Assembly: GCF_006345805.1 (NCBI RefSeq)
Contig: NC_042997.1
Location: 11,470,001-11,534,000, forward strand
DNA from: Octopus sinensis
Taxonomy: Eukaryota
Length of the DNA stretch: 64,000 bases
Reading direction: 5' to 3'
Under the pieces are notes generated by a model. It was not told the DNA's origin and did no database searches. It was given only the letters and a program-made list of their open reading frames with translations. The position numbers and the translations under genes were made by a program. Shown here piece after piece: positions 12,716 to 25,613 of this stretch (position 1 is its first letter; every line of letters starts with the position of its first letter).

Positions 12716-13580
12716 CAGAAGCAGAGAGTGAAGGTTTCATATTAGCTGCTCAAGACCAAAGCTTATTTACCCGAACTACCAAGCCAATGTGATGAAAAAT
12801 GGAGCTGACCCAAAATGCCGATTCTGTAACAATGAGATTGAAACAATAGACCACCTAATCTCAGGGTGTAGAGTCTTATCACCTGCAGAATATAAAGCAA
12901 GACATGACAGAGTCGGCCATTATTTACACTGGACAATATGTCGGCATTATAAAATCAAAACCGCTGACAAATGGTATAAACATCATCCTGAAGCTGTGAC
13001 TGAGGGAGAAAATGTGTCGATTCCATGGGACTTCCCCGTGCAGACCGACAGGACGATAAAAGCCAATAAACCGGATATCATTATAAAAGATCCGACAAAA
13101 AGGATGTGTTTATTAATTGACATGTGTATTCCCTGCGATCACAATATAGCGGCGAAAGAATTTGACAAGATTAGTAAATATAAAGACCTGCTAATGGGAA
13201 TTGAAAAAATGTGGCATCTCAAGGCGACTACAGTACCAGTGATCGTAGGATCTCTAGGAATGATAAAAGAAGGTACTGAAACCTATTTGAAAATGATTCC
13301 AGGCTTACCATCCCTACAGGAAGTGCAAAAAATCGTATTAACTGGAACGGCTCATGTACTGAGAAGAGCACTATCGTTGTGAAAATAACATCCATCCATG
13401 AATTTATTTTTTATTAATTTTTAAATACATATTTTATCTGTGAATTTGCGCGTGTAATCTGGGAATGCATACAATGCCCTTCTCTGCCCTAGGTGTATGG
13501 AAAACACTCGGCGAGAAACGGAAGAAAATTGAAGAAAGAAGTAAAAAACATAATAATAATATTAAAAAACATAATAATAA
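12716..13580 (+). mobile_element. 5'-truncated R4/Dong-clade non-LTR retrotransposon (zinc knuckle plus REL endonuclease, 3' UTR, (TAA)-like tail)
   Basis: AESEGFILAAQDQ at 12721, a frameshift, then ORF 12789-13382 with CRFC..ETIDHLISGC, RHD, KPDIII, IDMCIP, K..KY and VPVIVGSLG motifs typical of REL-type LINEs. Confidence 0.9.
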
Positions 13581-13635
13581 TATAATAATACATACATACA
13601 TACATACATACATACATACATACATACATACATAC

Positions 13636-13666
<31 letters not shown>

Positions 13667-13699
13667 CACGCATATACATATATACATAATACATACACA

Positions 13700-13790
13700 T
13701 ATCACCGTGATCACCGTGACCGGCCAGGCTATCAGATGTTGCTACACATCGCTGATCACAATGTGCTTCGCATTGTTTTAGCCTTCAAAT
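13700..13790 (-). mobile_element. Probable SINE 3' tail fragment
   Basis: Minus strand atttgaaggctaaaacaatgcg...ggtcacggtgatcacggtgat ends in a short tandem tail; its first 12 nt overlap the broken end of the SINE at 4149-4160. Confidence 0.5.
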
Positions 13791-14419
13791 AGCTTCCCTC
13801 CACAGCAATACGTACGTGAAAATGTAAACACATGGACTACATCTTTTCTATACGAAAACTGCAAACCTGTGAGTAAAATTTTAAAATTTAGAATTTTAAT
13901 TACATATGTATACATATTTATACAAAACTTCTCTCTGTATGTATATTACAGTTTCTTGTCGGTCTCTCGCTTATGCATCGATAATAATTATAAATACGAG
14001 TGAAACATCAACACATGTCCATGGGCGGTGTTCTGTCAAAAAATAAACGCTGTAAAGACGGACCCATAACAAAACCAACAAAAAGGCAAGAACGAGGGAT
14101 AGATAACCATGAATACTATGAAATGGTTGATTTATGATTTACACATACTACTATGCAACACTCCTCCAAAACATAAGGAATAAACGCATACAGTAAATAC
14201 CAAACAAAATGAACAAAGCCTACAACATTTCTCATTGAAGTCCCAAACCCAACGGAATAATACAACCTGCGCTGCACAAACACAAAATACAAAAACTAAT
14301 ACCACAAGAGATTAAAACCAAACCCCATAACAAAACATACTGATGTAATACAACATCCCTACCTCCAAAATGCAGCACACACAGATCAGCGGCACAAAGG
14401 TGCAACAAAGGAGGCAAAA

Positions 14420-16665
14420 GCGAGTTGCTTGAAACTATCAGGTATCGAAAAATAATAGTAGTGATGACGTTACCTTACTTCAGTTTACGAGAGACAGGAG
14501 TTTCCGAAGAAACTCTGGTTGTATCAGCGAAAAGGAAGCTGGACCTTTAAGGGAAGGCCTCTCGCCCGGCAGTGGTTCAGTAAGGATGCAGACTGACCAC
14601 AGTTGTTTTCCTAATAGAGCATCAGCAGATAATAGAGCAAGGAGGAGGAAGTGGATCAGCGAAGAAAACAGGATAGTGATGCAGAGCTACTTAGAAAGTG
14701 AGCCTAAAAGAAGGGGCAATAGAAAACAGATGTTAACACTTTGGTTAGAGAAGGATGTGTTTAAAGTGACTGAGCAGAGATTAGTAGATCAAGCAAATGC
14801 TATTAGAAGAAGGAAGTGGATGACAGAATTGGAGGTAGTAGAGATCACATGAGAACTGGAAAAGAAAGATCAAGCAGTAGGAAAGACAAATAACAACATA
14901 AGAGATACAGTTCAAACCAAAGAAGAATCTAGTGGAAAAATAATAATAGCATAACCAATAAGGAAGGATCAACTGGTACTAGCAACGTAAGTGATTTAAG
15001 CAAGGAAAGTCAGAAGTTTTAGATTCGCCGCAGGAAGTAATGAGTAAAGAAGTAAAATATTGCCAGCATTAAAAGACACCAACAGTAGGAAGCTGCTAGA
15101 AATGATTAGGAAAGTAGATTCTGTTATTAGTAGGATAGATACTAAAAATATAGGAGACACTAATATACTGATCTATGCCGGAGGAGTAGTAGTCACCAGA
15201 AGATAGATATCTCATTGGGAAAGATTAAAAAAAGAGCAGATGTGGAAAAGAGGACTACAAAATAAAGTGAAGATTTTAAGACAAGATCTGAGTAGAATAG
15301 AAGCCTGAAAACTGAACAAGTTAGGAAACACAAGAGGCAAATCTGCCCCCGTGAAAAGATACTTAGTCAAAGGGAAAGGATTTGGGACAGTAATAGAAGA
15401 ATTGAAAAAATGAATCATAGCAGTGGCAGGCAAGCTCTCCAGATATCAGAAAAAAATATATCAGTATTAACAGTACAGATTATTTGAGACAGACCAGAGG
15501 AAATTTTATAACCAAATAAATAGGGGAAAACGAAGTACTGAAGATGAGAAACCCAGTGCAGAAGAAGCTAGAAAGTTCTGGAGTAATATCTAGGATAAGC
15601 CAGTCAATCACACTGGAGATGCAGTATGGTTAAAAAAAGTGAGGGAAGAAGTGGTGAGTGAGAAGCAGTCAGAACTAAGATTAACTAGTGCATTAATGAA
15701 TAAAGTGTTAGGGGAATTGCCGAATTGGAAGGGCCAGGACCGGATTTATATTCAAGAGTACTGGCTAAAAAAAATTAGTAGATTATATGGGAGGCTGCAG
15801 GAACAACTTCAAGATTGCCTTAATGGAGGAATAATACCAGGTTGGATGACTAGAGGGAGGATAATACTCATTATGAAAGATAAAAGCAAGGGTAATACAG
15901 CTAGCAACTATAGACCAATCACTTGCTTACCATTGGTGTGGAAACTGTTAACAGGCAATGCTTTTAGAAAGCATTTACGTGCACCTTGACAACCAGAATT
16001 TACTACCAGAATAACAGAAAGGTTACAGGAAGAAGGCAAGAGGAACGCATGATCTATTATATATAGACAAAGCAGCTCTAAATGAAGTAAAAGCTAGAAA
16101 GAAAAATCTAACAGTAGAATGGATAGATTATAGGAAATCCTATGACATGATCCCACACTCATGGATAAGTGAATGATTGAGTATATTCAGTATAGCAGAC
16201 AACACAAGAGGAAAAATTAGCTTTAGCATAAAGAAATGGAAAGTAGATCTCTACTCAGGTGACACACTGTTAAGGATAGTTAATATCAAAAGAAATTTTC
16301 CAGGGTGACTCGTTGTTCCCTTTAATATTTATCTTTTGTTTGATCTCCCTCAGTTTGGTATTAAGGAAGGCAAAGGCAGGATATCAGTTCAGAAATAGTA
16401 AGGGAAAAATTAACCATTTCCTCTACATGGATGATATGAAGCTTTTTAGTAAGAATGAAAAAGAGATAGATTCCTTAATACAAACTGCAAGACCTTCCAG
16501 CAAAGATATAAGCATGGAATTTCGCATAGATAAGTGTGCAATATTAGTCATGAGAAGGGAACAGGTAGTCAACAGCGAAGGCATACAATTACCAGATGAC
16601 CATACATTAGAATCATTGAAAGGAGGAAAGTATCTACGAGTATTAGAAGCTGCCGTTAAGCTCTG
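14420..16665 (+). pseudogene. Degenerate R4/Dong LINE: 5' half to reverse transcriptase
   Basis: Fragments RRRKWISEENRIVM..EQRLVDQANAI (N-terminal), NYRPITCLPLVWKLLTG and INHFLYMDDMKLF (RT motifs); many stops and frameshifts. Confidence 0.85.
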
Positions 16666-16669
16666 GTAA

Positions 16670-19050
16670 ATCACATTAGTTCTCAACATGGACTCTAAAA
16701 CTATAAACTTTGGAGAAGTTGATATTAATTGTGAAATCTTCCAAAGAAACTCATTATCTCTTTTCTTATTCTGTTTAGCTCTCTTTCCCCCCAAATAAAC
16801 TGTTAAATGAAACGAATTATTGCATAGAAGGCATATGGAAAAACTATCAATCAGCTCTTTTGCGAAAAATGCTCAACAACTCCAAACGCTCTTTCATACA
16901 GTCAAACAATTTAGAGGTGACGTCAAAGTGGAATTTGTCGCTTGAATATTGTAACCAAGGCTACATCTGTCAAGAGGAAACAATCAAACTCATGCAACAT
17001 TACTCTAGATGAGATACCAAAATGACAGAATTAATACATGAGGGTAGTTATAAGTATCAAGCTATCTGTGAAGAAGATGGATTAAGAACTCGTTATTGAG
17101 AGAAAGGATAAGAAACAAATTCTATGTAAGAGCTTTTCTGAAAACTGAATTGAATACCAGAAATGAAATTGGAGCCATAAACACATTGGCCATGCTTGTA
17201 ATCACATACAGCTTCAATACTATTTTACCCGGTCCATCTCTGAGATCAACGAAGTTGATGTCAAAATTCGAGCGCGGAATGTACTAAATGTATCTTCCGA
17301 GAAAAGAAGTTGTTTGGGGGATTAATACAATCTCAACTCTCTTTGAAAATTGCAACCATGAGTCACTCTGCCTACCTGCGATATGCATCTGATTGTATGC
17401 TAAAGCTGGTTCTGAAACATGAAAAAGTTGCACTTGGGTGCAGCTTGTGTAAAAAAAAAAAATTCAAAAAGTTGCAATTAGTGACGAAAATGTAATAATA
17501 TACCTTCGAGAAAAGCAGTCAGTCGAACTAGTACCAGAAGAAAATGTGCCTCCAACTGACAAGGCAAAACAAATAAAAATATATCCACACAAACATTAGG
17601 GAGAAAAGAGAGTAAAAAGCTGTATGGAAAATATCTGGTTAGAGGCAGGGACCCTGATGTAGAATAAACCTTTACCCTCGGTGGCTGACATGCTCTGATC
17701 TCAAGCCAGAAACTTAAGAGTATATTATTGCTAAGGTATTAGCCATAATAAGGTATTCTGAGACCCACTTCGGTCACGACACAGACCTTGAGATTGCACC
17801 TAGAAAGTTACCCTCCCAGGTACAAGTCTGGGCAAGGTTGTTTATGGAAGACCAGCAGTCGCCCATGTATACCGGCCTCCCCTCTCCACGCCACCATTGT
17901 TATCCAAGGGAAAGGCAAAGGGGCCGATACAGCTTCGCACCTGTGACGTCGCAACTCATTTCTACAGCTGAGTGAACTGGAGCAACGTGAAATAAGGTGT
18001 CTCGCTCAAGAACACAACACGTTGCCCGGTTCGGGATTCGAGCTCACAACCTCACGATCGTAAACCCGACGCTCTAACCACTGAGCCATGCGCCTTCACA
18101 ATAAGGTATTACCAGTGTACATTAAACAGGAAAGCATCCTATCGTGTCGCGTATGCGGAAAACATCCAGATCCAGTCGACCATATAATTTCTGGATGCAA
18201 CCAACTTTGTTTCTTTTAAATTGCCATAAAGGCATTACATAGAGGGGGACACTACAGGGCATGTAGGGAACAAAAAATTCCGTCTGACTTCTTTTTTTTT
18301 AGCAAGCTACCTTATTTCTTGTAAAGGCATCTCAATGTACACACAGGTAAATATGCCGCCCATGTAAATTTCCATCACAAAGATAATTGGTTGGAATACA
18401 TACCACCAAAAGTTACCTAGAATGCCGAAGTTACTGTCCTTTGGAATTTTAGTGTTCAGGCTGACCGAGAAATTCAAGTCAATGATATCATATGATATCA
18501 TAGCGAAAAATGACGTTGTAAAAGCGTCTTTTGATTGATTTTGTAGACTCACTTCACAAAAACATATTTTTGAAAACGCTTGAAAAATTGAGCAAATATA
18601 AGGACTTAATAGAAATCAGAAGAATGTGACATCTCAAAGCAACATCATTACCTATTGTTATTGAGGTGCTGAGAATGGCATGAAAGAGAGCAAGCAAATA
18701 TATAGACTAAATACCTGGCAGCCCCAAAATAAGTGAATTCCAAAAGGCCATACTTATGAGTATCTGATATATTCTACGTAAATTCCTCTCTGTGTAAATG
18801 AAGTCTTACTCATTCTGTGTTACTAGCAACTTTATAAAGCAACTTTATAAAGCAACTTTATAAAGCAATTTTATAAAGGAATGTTTTATGAATTGTACGA
18901 CACATCCCCCACTAGCATCTTTAGAAATAAAAATCATGTTCTATGACGTCTCTAGTATTAATTAAAGCAACGGTATATAAACAAACAAGAACTACAATAA
19001 TAATTATTTACATTATTTACATTATTTACAATAATACAATAATACAATAA
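16670..19050 (+). pseudogene. Second degenerate R4/Dong LINE (RT motif B to C-terminus and 3' UTR), joined to the previous one
   Basis: The RT region restarts (IFQ.NSLSLFLFCLAL, KTINQL), then CRVCGKHPDPVDHIISGC and the C-terminal KAILMS..ILRKFLSV* (stop 18795-18797); the tail ends in TAA-rich repeats. Confidence 0.75.
17758..18099 (-). mobile_element. tRNA-derived SINE, family E, full length with 11-bp TSD
   Basis: TSD aataaggtatt at 17747-17757 and 18100-18110; A/B boxes tggctcagtgg and gctcgaatcc; near-identical copy at 51233-51566. Confidence 0.9.
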
Positions 19051-19053
19051 TAA

Positions 19054-19457
19054 TTACTCTTTCACTTGTTTCAGTCATTTGACTGTGGCCATGCTGGAGC
19101 ACCGCCTTTAGTCGAGCAAATCGACCCCAGGATTTATTCTTTGTAAGCCTAGTACTTATTCTATCGGTATCTTTTGCCGAACCGCTAAGTTACGGGAATG
19201 TAAACACACCAGCATCGGTTGTCAAGCGATGTTGGGGGGACAAACACAGACACAAACATAAACACACACACATATATACATATATATATACATATATACG
19301 ACGGGATTCTTTCAGTTTCCGTCTACCTCATTTACTCACAAGACTTTGGTCGGCTCGAGGCTATAGTAGAAGACACTTGCCCAAGGTGTCATGCAGTGGG
19401 ACTGAACCCGGAACTATGTGGTTCGTAAGCAAGCTACATACCACACAGCCACTCCTG
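19054..19457 (-). mobile_element. tRNA-derived SINE, family D, with internal (CA/TA)n microsatellite
   Basis: Homologous along its length to 36944-37430 and 20400-20800. Confidence 0.85.
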
Positions 19458-19739
19458 TTTAAAATCTTGGCACAAGGCCAGCAGTTTTAGGGGAGAGGTT
19501 AAGTGGAGTACTCTAACTCTATAGTTCAACTGGTACTTACTTTATCGAGCCCCCAAAGGATGGAAGGAAAAGTCGACCTAGCTGGGATTTGAACATGAAA
19601 CTAAAAAAAGTTATAACTAAATACTGTCTAGCATTTCGCCTCTACAAATGCGCAACCCTGATGATAATGATGATGATGATGAATATGATGAGGATGATGA
19701 TGATGAGAATGATATTATTATTATTATTTATTATTATTA

Positions 19740-19775
<36 letters not shown>

Positions 19776-20399
19776 TATGATGAGGATGGTTATGATGATG
19801 ATAGAAAAGAAAAGGTAATATGCAAATACCTACGCACTGTACTCAGAAATGTTAATTTATGAGCTCTTCTATATATATTGCATATTAACAGACATTAAGA
19901 AATGTTAATCTTTGAGTTTCCATATATTGCATATTGTCCTTGAAGGAAATGTCTATAGATGGCGACTTGTAAGTCGTCAACAGTTGTTCGTTGATTTAGA
20001 GTAGAAATTTTTTCGCCTTCAGCAATTCCTACACTCACAGTGGGATAAGGATCTAAGGAAGTGAAAAATGAAAGAAAGAATGATGAAAAACAGGAAGAAA
20101 GAAAGAAAAAAAAAAGAGAGATATAGAGATTAGCAATAAAATGAAGAAATCCTTAAGCGCTCATATAAAATAATGAAATATATATCAGGAAAATATCTAT
20201 TTTTGTAGATATGAATTTGTGTATAATTTTATATTTCGGTACAGTTTAATATATACGATACAGCAGAAACGACTGCATAGGTGTGCACAGAAATGTATGT
20301 AAATATGAAATATCTCTAGTTCGGATGATAAAAGATATGCAAGGCAACGCGTGCACATAGATGTAGAATACGTCGATATATTCTCATGATGGGTCTTGA

Positions 20400-20561
20400 G
20401 GCGCAGGTGTGGCCGTGTGGTAAGAAGTTTGCTTCTCAACCACATGGGTCTGGGTTCAGTCTCATTGCGTGGCAACTTGCACAAGTGTCTTCTGTTATAA
20501 CCTCGGGTTGACCAAAGCCTTGTGAGTTAATTTGACAGACGGAAATTGAAGGAAGCTCGTC

Positions 20562-20606
<45 letters not shown>

Positions 20607-20800
20607 ATTGTGTGTGGTTGTCCCCATCACTGCTTGACAGCCGGTTCCCGTAGCCTAGTGGTTCAGCAAAATGGATCGATAGAATAAGTACCAGCCTTAA
20701 AGCAAAATAAGCCCTCGGGTCGATTCGTTTGACTAAAATTCTTCAAGGCGGTGCCCCAGCAGGGCCGCAGTCTCATGAAAAAAATCTAAAAGATAAATGA
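20400..20800 (+). mobile_element. SINE family D with internal (TA)n
   Basis: Head gtggccgtgtggtaagaagtttgct, internal (TA)n and tail ccagcagggccgcagtc shared with other D copies. Confidence 0.8.
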
Positions 20801-21278
20801 TATACGAATGATGTGTCTGTCGAACGATGAGTTTGGCGATGAGTATTCAAACTATATGTTCGATTTCCTGAACTATCGATATTGTAAGTAACAGTGTTTC
20901 ACTGAGATTCGAACCCTGGACTTCATTCTCAGATAGATTCAGCTTGACACTGCGCGTCATAAGACTTTTTGGACATTCATGTGCAGCAATCATTCGGATA
21001 ATACAAAATCGACCTAGAAACATTTCCCTTTAGTACCGTGGGTGAAATCGAGCTCCAGTTACCCTGGTTGCGCCCCCCCCCCCCACCACTGCACGCACAC
21101 ACACATCTACATCCACACCCACAAACATTCATAGGAAGTGAAAAGAGAGATAGTAGAAGACACTTGCCCAAGGTGCGACGCAGTGTGACTAAACCCAGAA
21201 CCATGAGGTTGGGAAGCAAGCTACTTGCCATACGGCCACGCCTGCACTTGGAGACTTACTCGAGACATGTATATTGCA

Positions 21279-21326
<48 letters not shown>

Positions 21327-21392
21327 CGGGATATATATATATATATATATATATAAATGAAAGAATGGAGTCGAACGACGATTTTAACAAAA

Positions 21393-21491
21393 TTCCTTTG
21401 CTCTCGACACATGTTTCGAAGGCTGCATATTCCTAATTCCGAAGGAATAAAGGGTGCATTATGCCGCCATCTCATCAGGAAAGACAAGGAA
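21393..21491 (-). ncRNA. Type-I hammerhead ribozyme with canonical core
   Basis: CTGATGA (21478-21472), stem II gatggcggcata/tatgcagccttc (10 of 12 pairs), GAAA (21417-21414), AC-atgt-GTC stem III and triplet, stem I ttccttgtctttc/gagagcaaaggaa with a 2x2 internal loop. Confidence 0.7.
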
Positions 21492-21767
21492 CTTATGTCA
21501 GCACCATGAAGAACAAAAACTTTTAGATGACTGCTCACATGATGTCCACAGTAATAATGAGTGTTTCTTTAAAATATCCCGTTATAAGCAATGACGTCAA
21601 AGTTGGTTGGATGGAGAATGTTCTAAAGAGTTCAAGAGTTCAAATTTGGTTGGGAGGAGAAAAAAACACACGAGAACACGGGATCCCTGCCCTTGGCATA
21701 TGACGTGAATTTGCTACCCAGGTATCGGTTAATTGAATTATCCATACTAGGATAATCCATTCACCTT

Positions 21768-21805
<38 letters not shown>

Positions 21806-22527
21806 CACGAACTGTGTAAATAACATGAAATACGAAAACAAAGGAGTTAAATACACAACGAGAGAAAAAAAATGGAAAACATGGCAAGTAAACACAGAAA
21901 ACGACTTTTCGTCACTTGCCAGCTGTCTATCTACTCTTCATTTTGAACATTCAACAACAATATGAGTCTTCAAAGACAGTTTCTCTCATACGTGCCAAAA
22001 TAAAATTAAGGATTTATGGAGAGTCAAAGTTGAGAACAAAAACAGGACAGTGGAGACATACAAGGAATCCGAACGAAAACATACATGGAGGGTCGTTAGA
22101 CCAGAACGAGAGGAAAATAGTGAACGCTGGGAGAAATGTTTTCTTTGAAAAGAGAAAAGTCAGGAGAGAGATAGAAAACGTCCAGTCCTTTGAACATCCA
22201 TACAGGAAAAGAAAGATGATCACGCGAGGAAAAGAAAGATGGACGATGGTCGCGTGTGAGCAACGAGAGAGGGAGAGAGAAATAGAAAAAGAGGGAGAGA
22301 GAGATAAATAGAAAACAGTGAAGGGGAGAAAAAGGAAATTAGAGAAGGATGGAGGAAGAAAATAGTAAAGAGAAGAGTCGCAACAAACAGGTTAAGATAA
22401 ACTTACTTGGAAATGGATGTGTGGCGTTCAATTAAATAATAATATAAATAATATATATGTATGTATTTATGTATGTATGTATGTATGTATGTATGTATGT
22501 ATGTATGTATGTATGCATGTATGTTTG

Positions 22528-22575
<48 letters not shown>

Positions 22576-22746
22576 TGTATGTATGTTTGTATGTATATAT
22601 ATATATATATATATATAACGGGAAGCTTTATGAAAATAGACAAAAGACGAAGGCAGGTTTACGGAAATAAACAAAAGACGAAGGCAGGTGGAATACAAAC
22701 AAACAATTGCATTAGTATGGCGCTCAGGAAATATAAATAAAACAAG

Positions 22747-22784
22747 TCTTTAACGTTTCGAGCCTACGCTCTTTAACAGAAAGA
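22747..22784 (-). ncRNA. Degenerate minimal hammerhead-like motif (Penelope pLTR type)
   Basis: tcttt-CTGTTAA-A-gagc(gtag)gctc-GAAA-CGTT-aaaga; stems are intact but the core is mutated. Confidence 0.45.
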
Positions 22785-23142
22785 TACACAGAGAAGAAAC
22801 ACAGAAAGAAGGAGAGAAAAAAAATGCGTGCAGAGGCTAGCGAATCAATATGGCGATCTGATTTCGGCCAGAAGTCAAAGATCAAACGTGAGACGCAAGA
22901 GCGAAATTAGGGGAGATAATAGGGTTAAATGACCTCGCTCCAACATAAGAGTGTGTGTGTGTGTATGAGAAGCGTGTGTGTGTGTGTATGAGAGAGTATT
23001 AGTGCCTATGAGAGGTCTGGACGTGTGTATGTATATATGATGTGATGTGTAAAGTCGTATGGTGTAGTGTAGAGAGAGGAGATGAGGGAAGAGGGGGAGG
23101 TAAGGGGGGAGAGAGGGAGGGGGAGGGGGAGGGAGGAGAAAG

Positions 23143-23360
23143 AAAGGCCGGCTCTTTGAAATACAGGTACAACAGAAACAGAAAGAGAGAGTGAGAGAAG
23201 GTTGTGGTGAAAGAGTACAGCAGGGATCACCACCATCCCCTGCCGGAGCCTCGTGGAGCTTTTTAGGTGTTTTCGCTCAATAAACACTCACAACGCCCGG
23301 TCTGGGAATCGAAACCGCGATCCTATGACCGCGAGTCCGCTGCCCTAACCACTGGGCCAT
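23143..23360 (-). mobile_element. SINE family C, partial
   Basis: Near-identical to part of 50187-50590. Confidence 0.85.
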
Positions 23361-23439
23361 TAAACTGAACACCTCACAAAGCATTTTGCAAGACATTTCC
23401 CCAAAAACTATTATTTACAAAGCCCTGAACACACACACA

Positions 23440-24000
23440 CACACACAAAGATTAGAATAGGCTACTCAAGAAACAATTGAGAAATGTCTACAGCCCATAC
23501 GGGCTTTTAAAACATATATTGCAACAGGCAAAAGATTTGCCACGATCGAAGTTAGATTTGATACAGAAGAACGCGCAAAGGAAAGTCTACAAAAAGCCTG
23601 GAATGCAGGGAATTTATAATGATTCCCAGATGTGCCCCCTGAAATAGAAATAAGATGGCTGGTGTCAGCCATCTGTTATGATTTTGAAGATAAAAACAAC
23701 ATCTTAGAAATTGCCGTCCTGGAACAGTAAAATTGAACTGGACAGGTGTTGGATTTACTGATTCAGGCAAATCAGGGGCAATCGAAAATCTCCCAGATTT
23801 GATTCAACTCCCACATGGCACATCCCTACATGTGGCCGTTGAAAGTAAAAAGGCCACGTTGCTACCTTTGTGGCAGCAGATACCATCTCAAAAAAGACTG
23901 CCAATTAGCAAAAGAAGAAGAAGAAGAGAAGAAGAAGAAGAAGAAGAAGAAGAAGAAGAAGAAGAAGAAGAAGAAGAAGAAGAAGAAGAGCAACAACAAC
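23440..24000 (+). pseudogene. Relic ORF1 of a Tx1-like LINE related to the element at 52866-58216
   Basis: QETIEKCLQPI..GKRFATIEVRF, DVPPEIEIRWLVSAI and RPRCYLCGSRYHLKKDC align with ORF1 EEKIEKCLKPI..GKKFGTVEVRF, RVPPEVEPMWLLAAV and KPRCFLCGQLGHIRRNC; stops and frameshifts present. Confidence 0.8.
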
Positions 24001-24566
24001 AACAACACCAACAACAACAATAACAACAACAGGAATAGTAACAAAACCAAAAATCGAAAGGCAAACCAGCACTGCTACCCACACCACCAGCAAAACAACT
24101 GATAAAGCAAATGAAAGAGCTCTACCAACCAACCAACAAGCTAACCTAATCAAACAACACCGCCATAAGCGCCACCAATTACAGAGACAACACCACCACC
24201 ATCATCACCACCAACAACTTCAGAAGCAACCAACCCAGAGGGGGAAAAAAAGGAAAGAAGTAATCCATCCATCCATCCATCCATCCATCCATCTGTTTAT
24301 CTTTGATCTATAACGGTTACCTGATATATATCTTTCGTTGTTTTATTTCTTTTGCTTTTCTTCTCTGTCATTCTTATCGTGTATTTCTCTCGTCGATGTG
24401 CGTTGAAACTGTATATATGTATACGCAGAAATATGAATACACACACACCCACACACCCACACGCTCGCACCCAAACACATGCACATGCAACAGAATACAC
24501 AAATACATGCATGCAACTGTATATGTATACTCATATATTCTTTCCATATTCTTCCACTTATATTTC

Positions 24567-24618
<52 letters not shown>

Positions 24619-24639
24619 CATACAAATATGCATATAAAT

Positions 24640-24941
24640 GTTTGTTCCTTCTCGAGCCATGCCTGACCCATAGGGCCGGTTTCCCGGTTTCCTTGGCATA
24701 TAGGTTTCCCACCTGGACGGGACGCCGGTCCGTCGCAGGCGAGCTGCAAGAAGCAGGAGGAAAGAGTGAGAGAAAGTTGTGGCGAAAAAGTCAGCAGAAG
24801 TTCGCCATTACCTTCTGCTGGAGCCGCGTGGAGCTTAGGTGTTTCGCTCATAAACACACACATCGCCCAGTCTTAGATTCGAAACCCGCGATCCCTCGAC
24901 CGCGAGTCCGCTGTTCTAACCACTAAGCCATGTGCCTCCAC
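24640..24941 (-). mobile_element. tRNA-derived SINE, family B, with 13-bp TSD
   Basis: TSD tatgcatataaat at 24627-24639 and 24942-24954; homologous to 33492-33803 and 39883-40193. Confidence 0.9.
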
Positions 24942-24979
24942 TATGCATATAAATACGCACATATTAATCATGTATATAG

Positions 24980-25014
<35 letters not shown>

Positions 25015-25119
25015 TGTATGTATGTATGTATGTATGTATATATGTATGTATGTATATATGTATGTATGAATGTATGTATGTATGTATGTATGTATATATA
25101 TATGTATACATGCATATAC

Positions 25120-25197
<78 letters not shown>

Positions 25198-25582
25198 GAT
25201 TAATCAAAGAAATGCATGAGTGCAGATTTTAAGAATGTGATACATTCTGATGAAAATGCAATCTACGTAAAATATTCGCACACATGAACAGGTATGTATG
25301 AATGTATGTATGTATGTATATACGCACGTGTCTGTGTATATATGTAAACATATCTAAATAATTGCATGTCTCTCATATATTATATATACATCTACAATAT
25401 ATGCACGTATACATATATTTATATTTGTATATTTATTTATAAGCATACACATATATATGTTAGTATATTTATGCGTGTCTACATGTATATATATATGTAT
25501 ATATTGAATATATAAATGATATATATACACATAAATATATGCATACTAACATATATACATGTCTATGTATATATGCATATAC

Positions 25583-25613
<31 letters not shown>

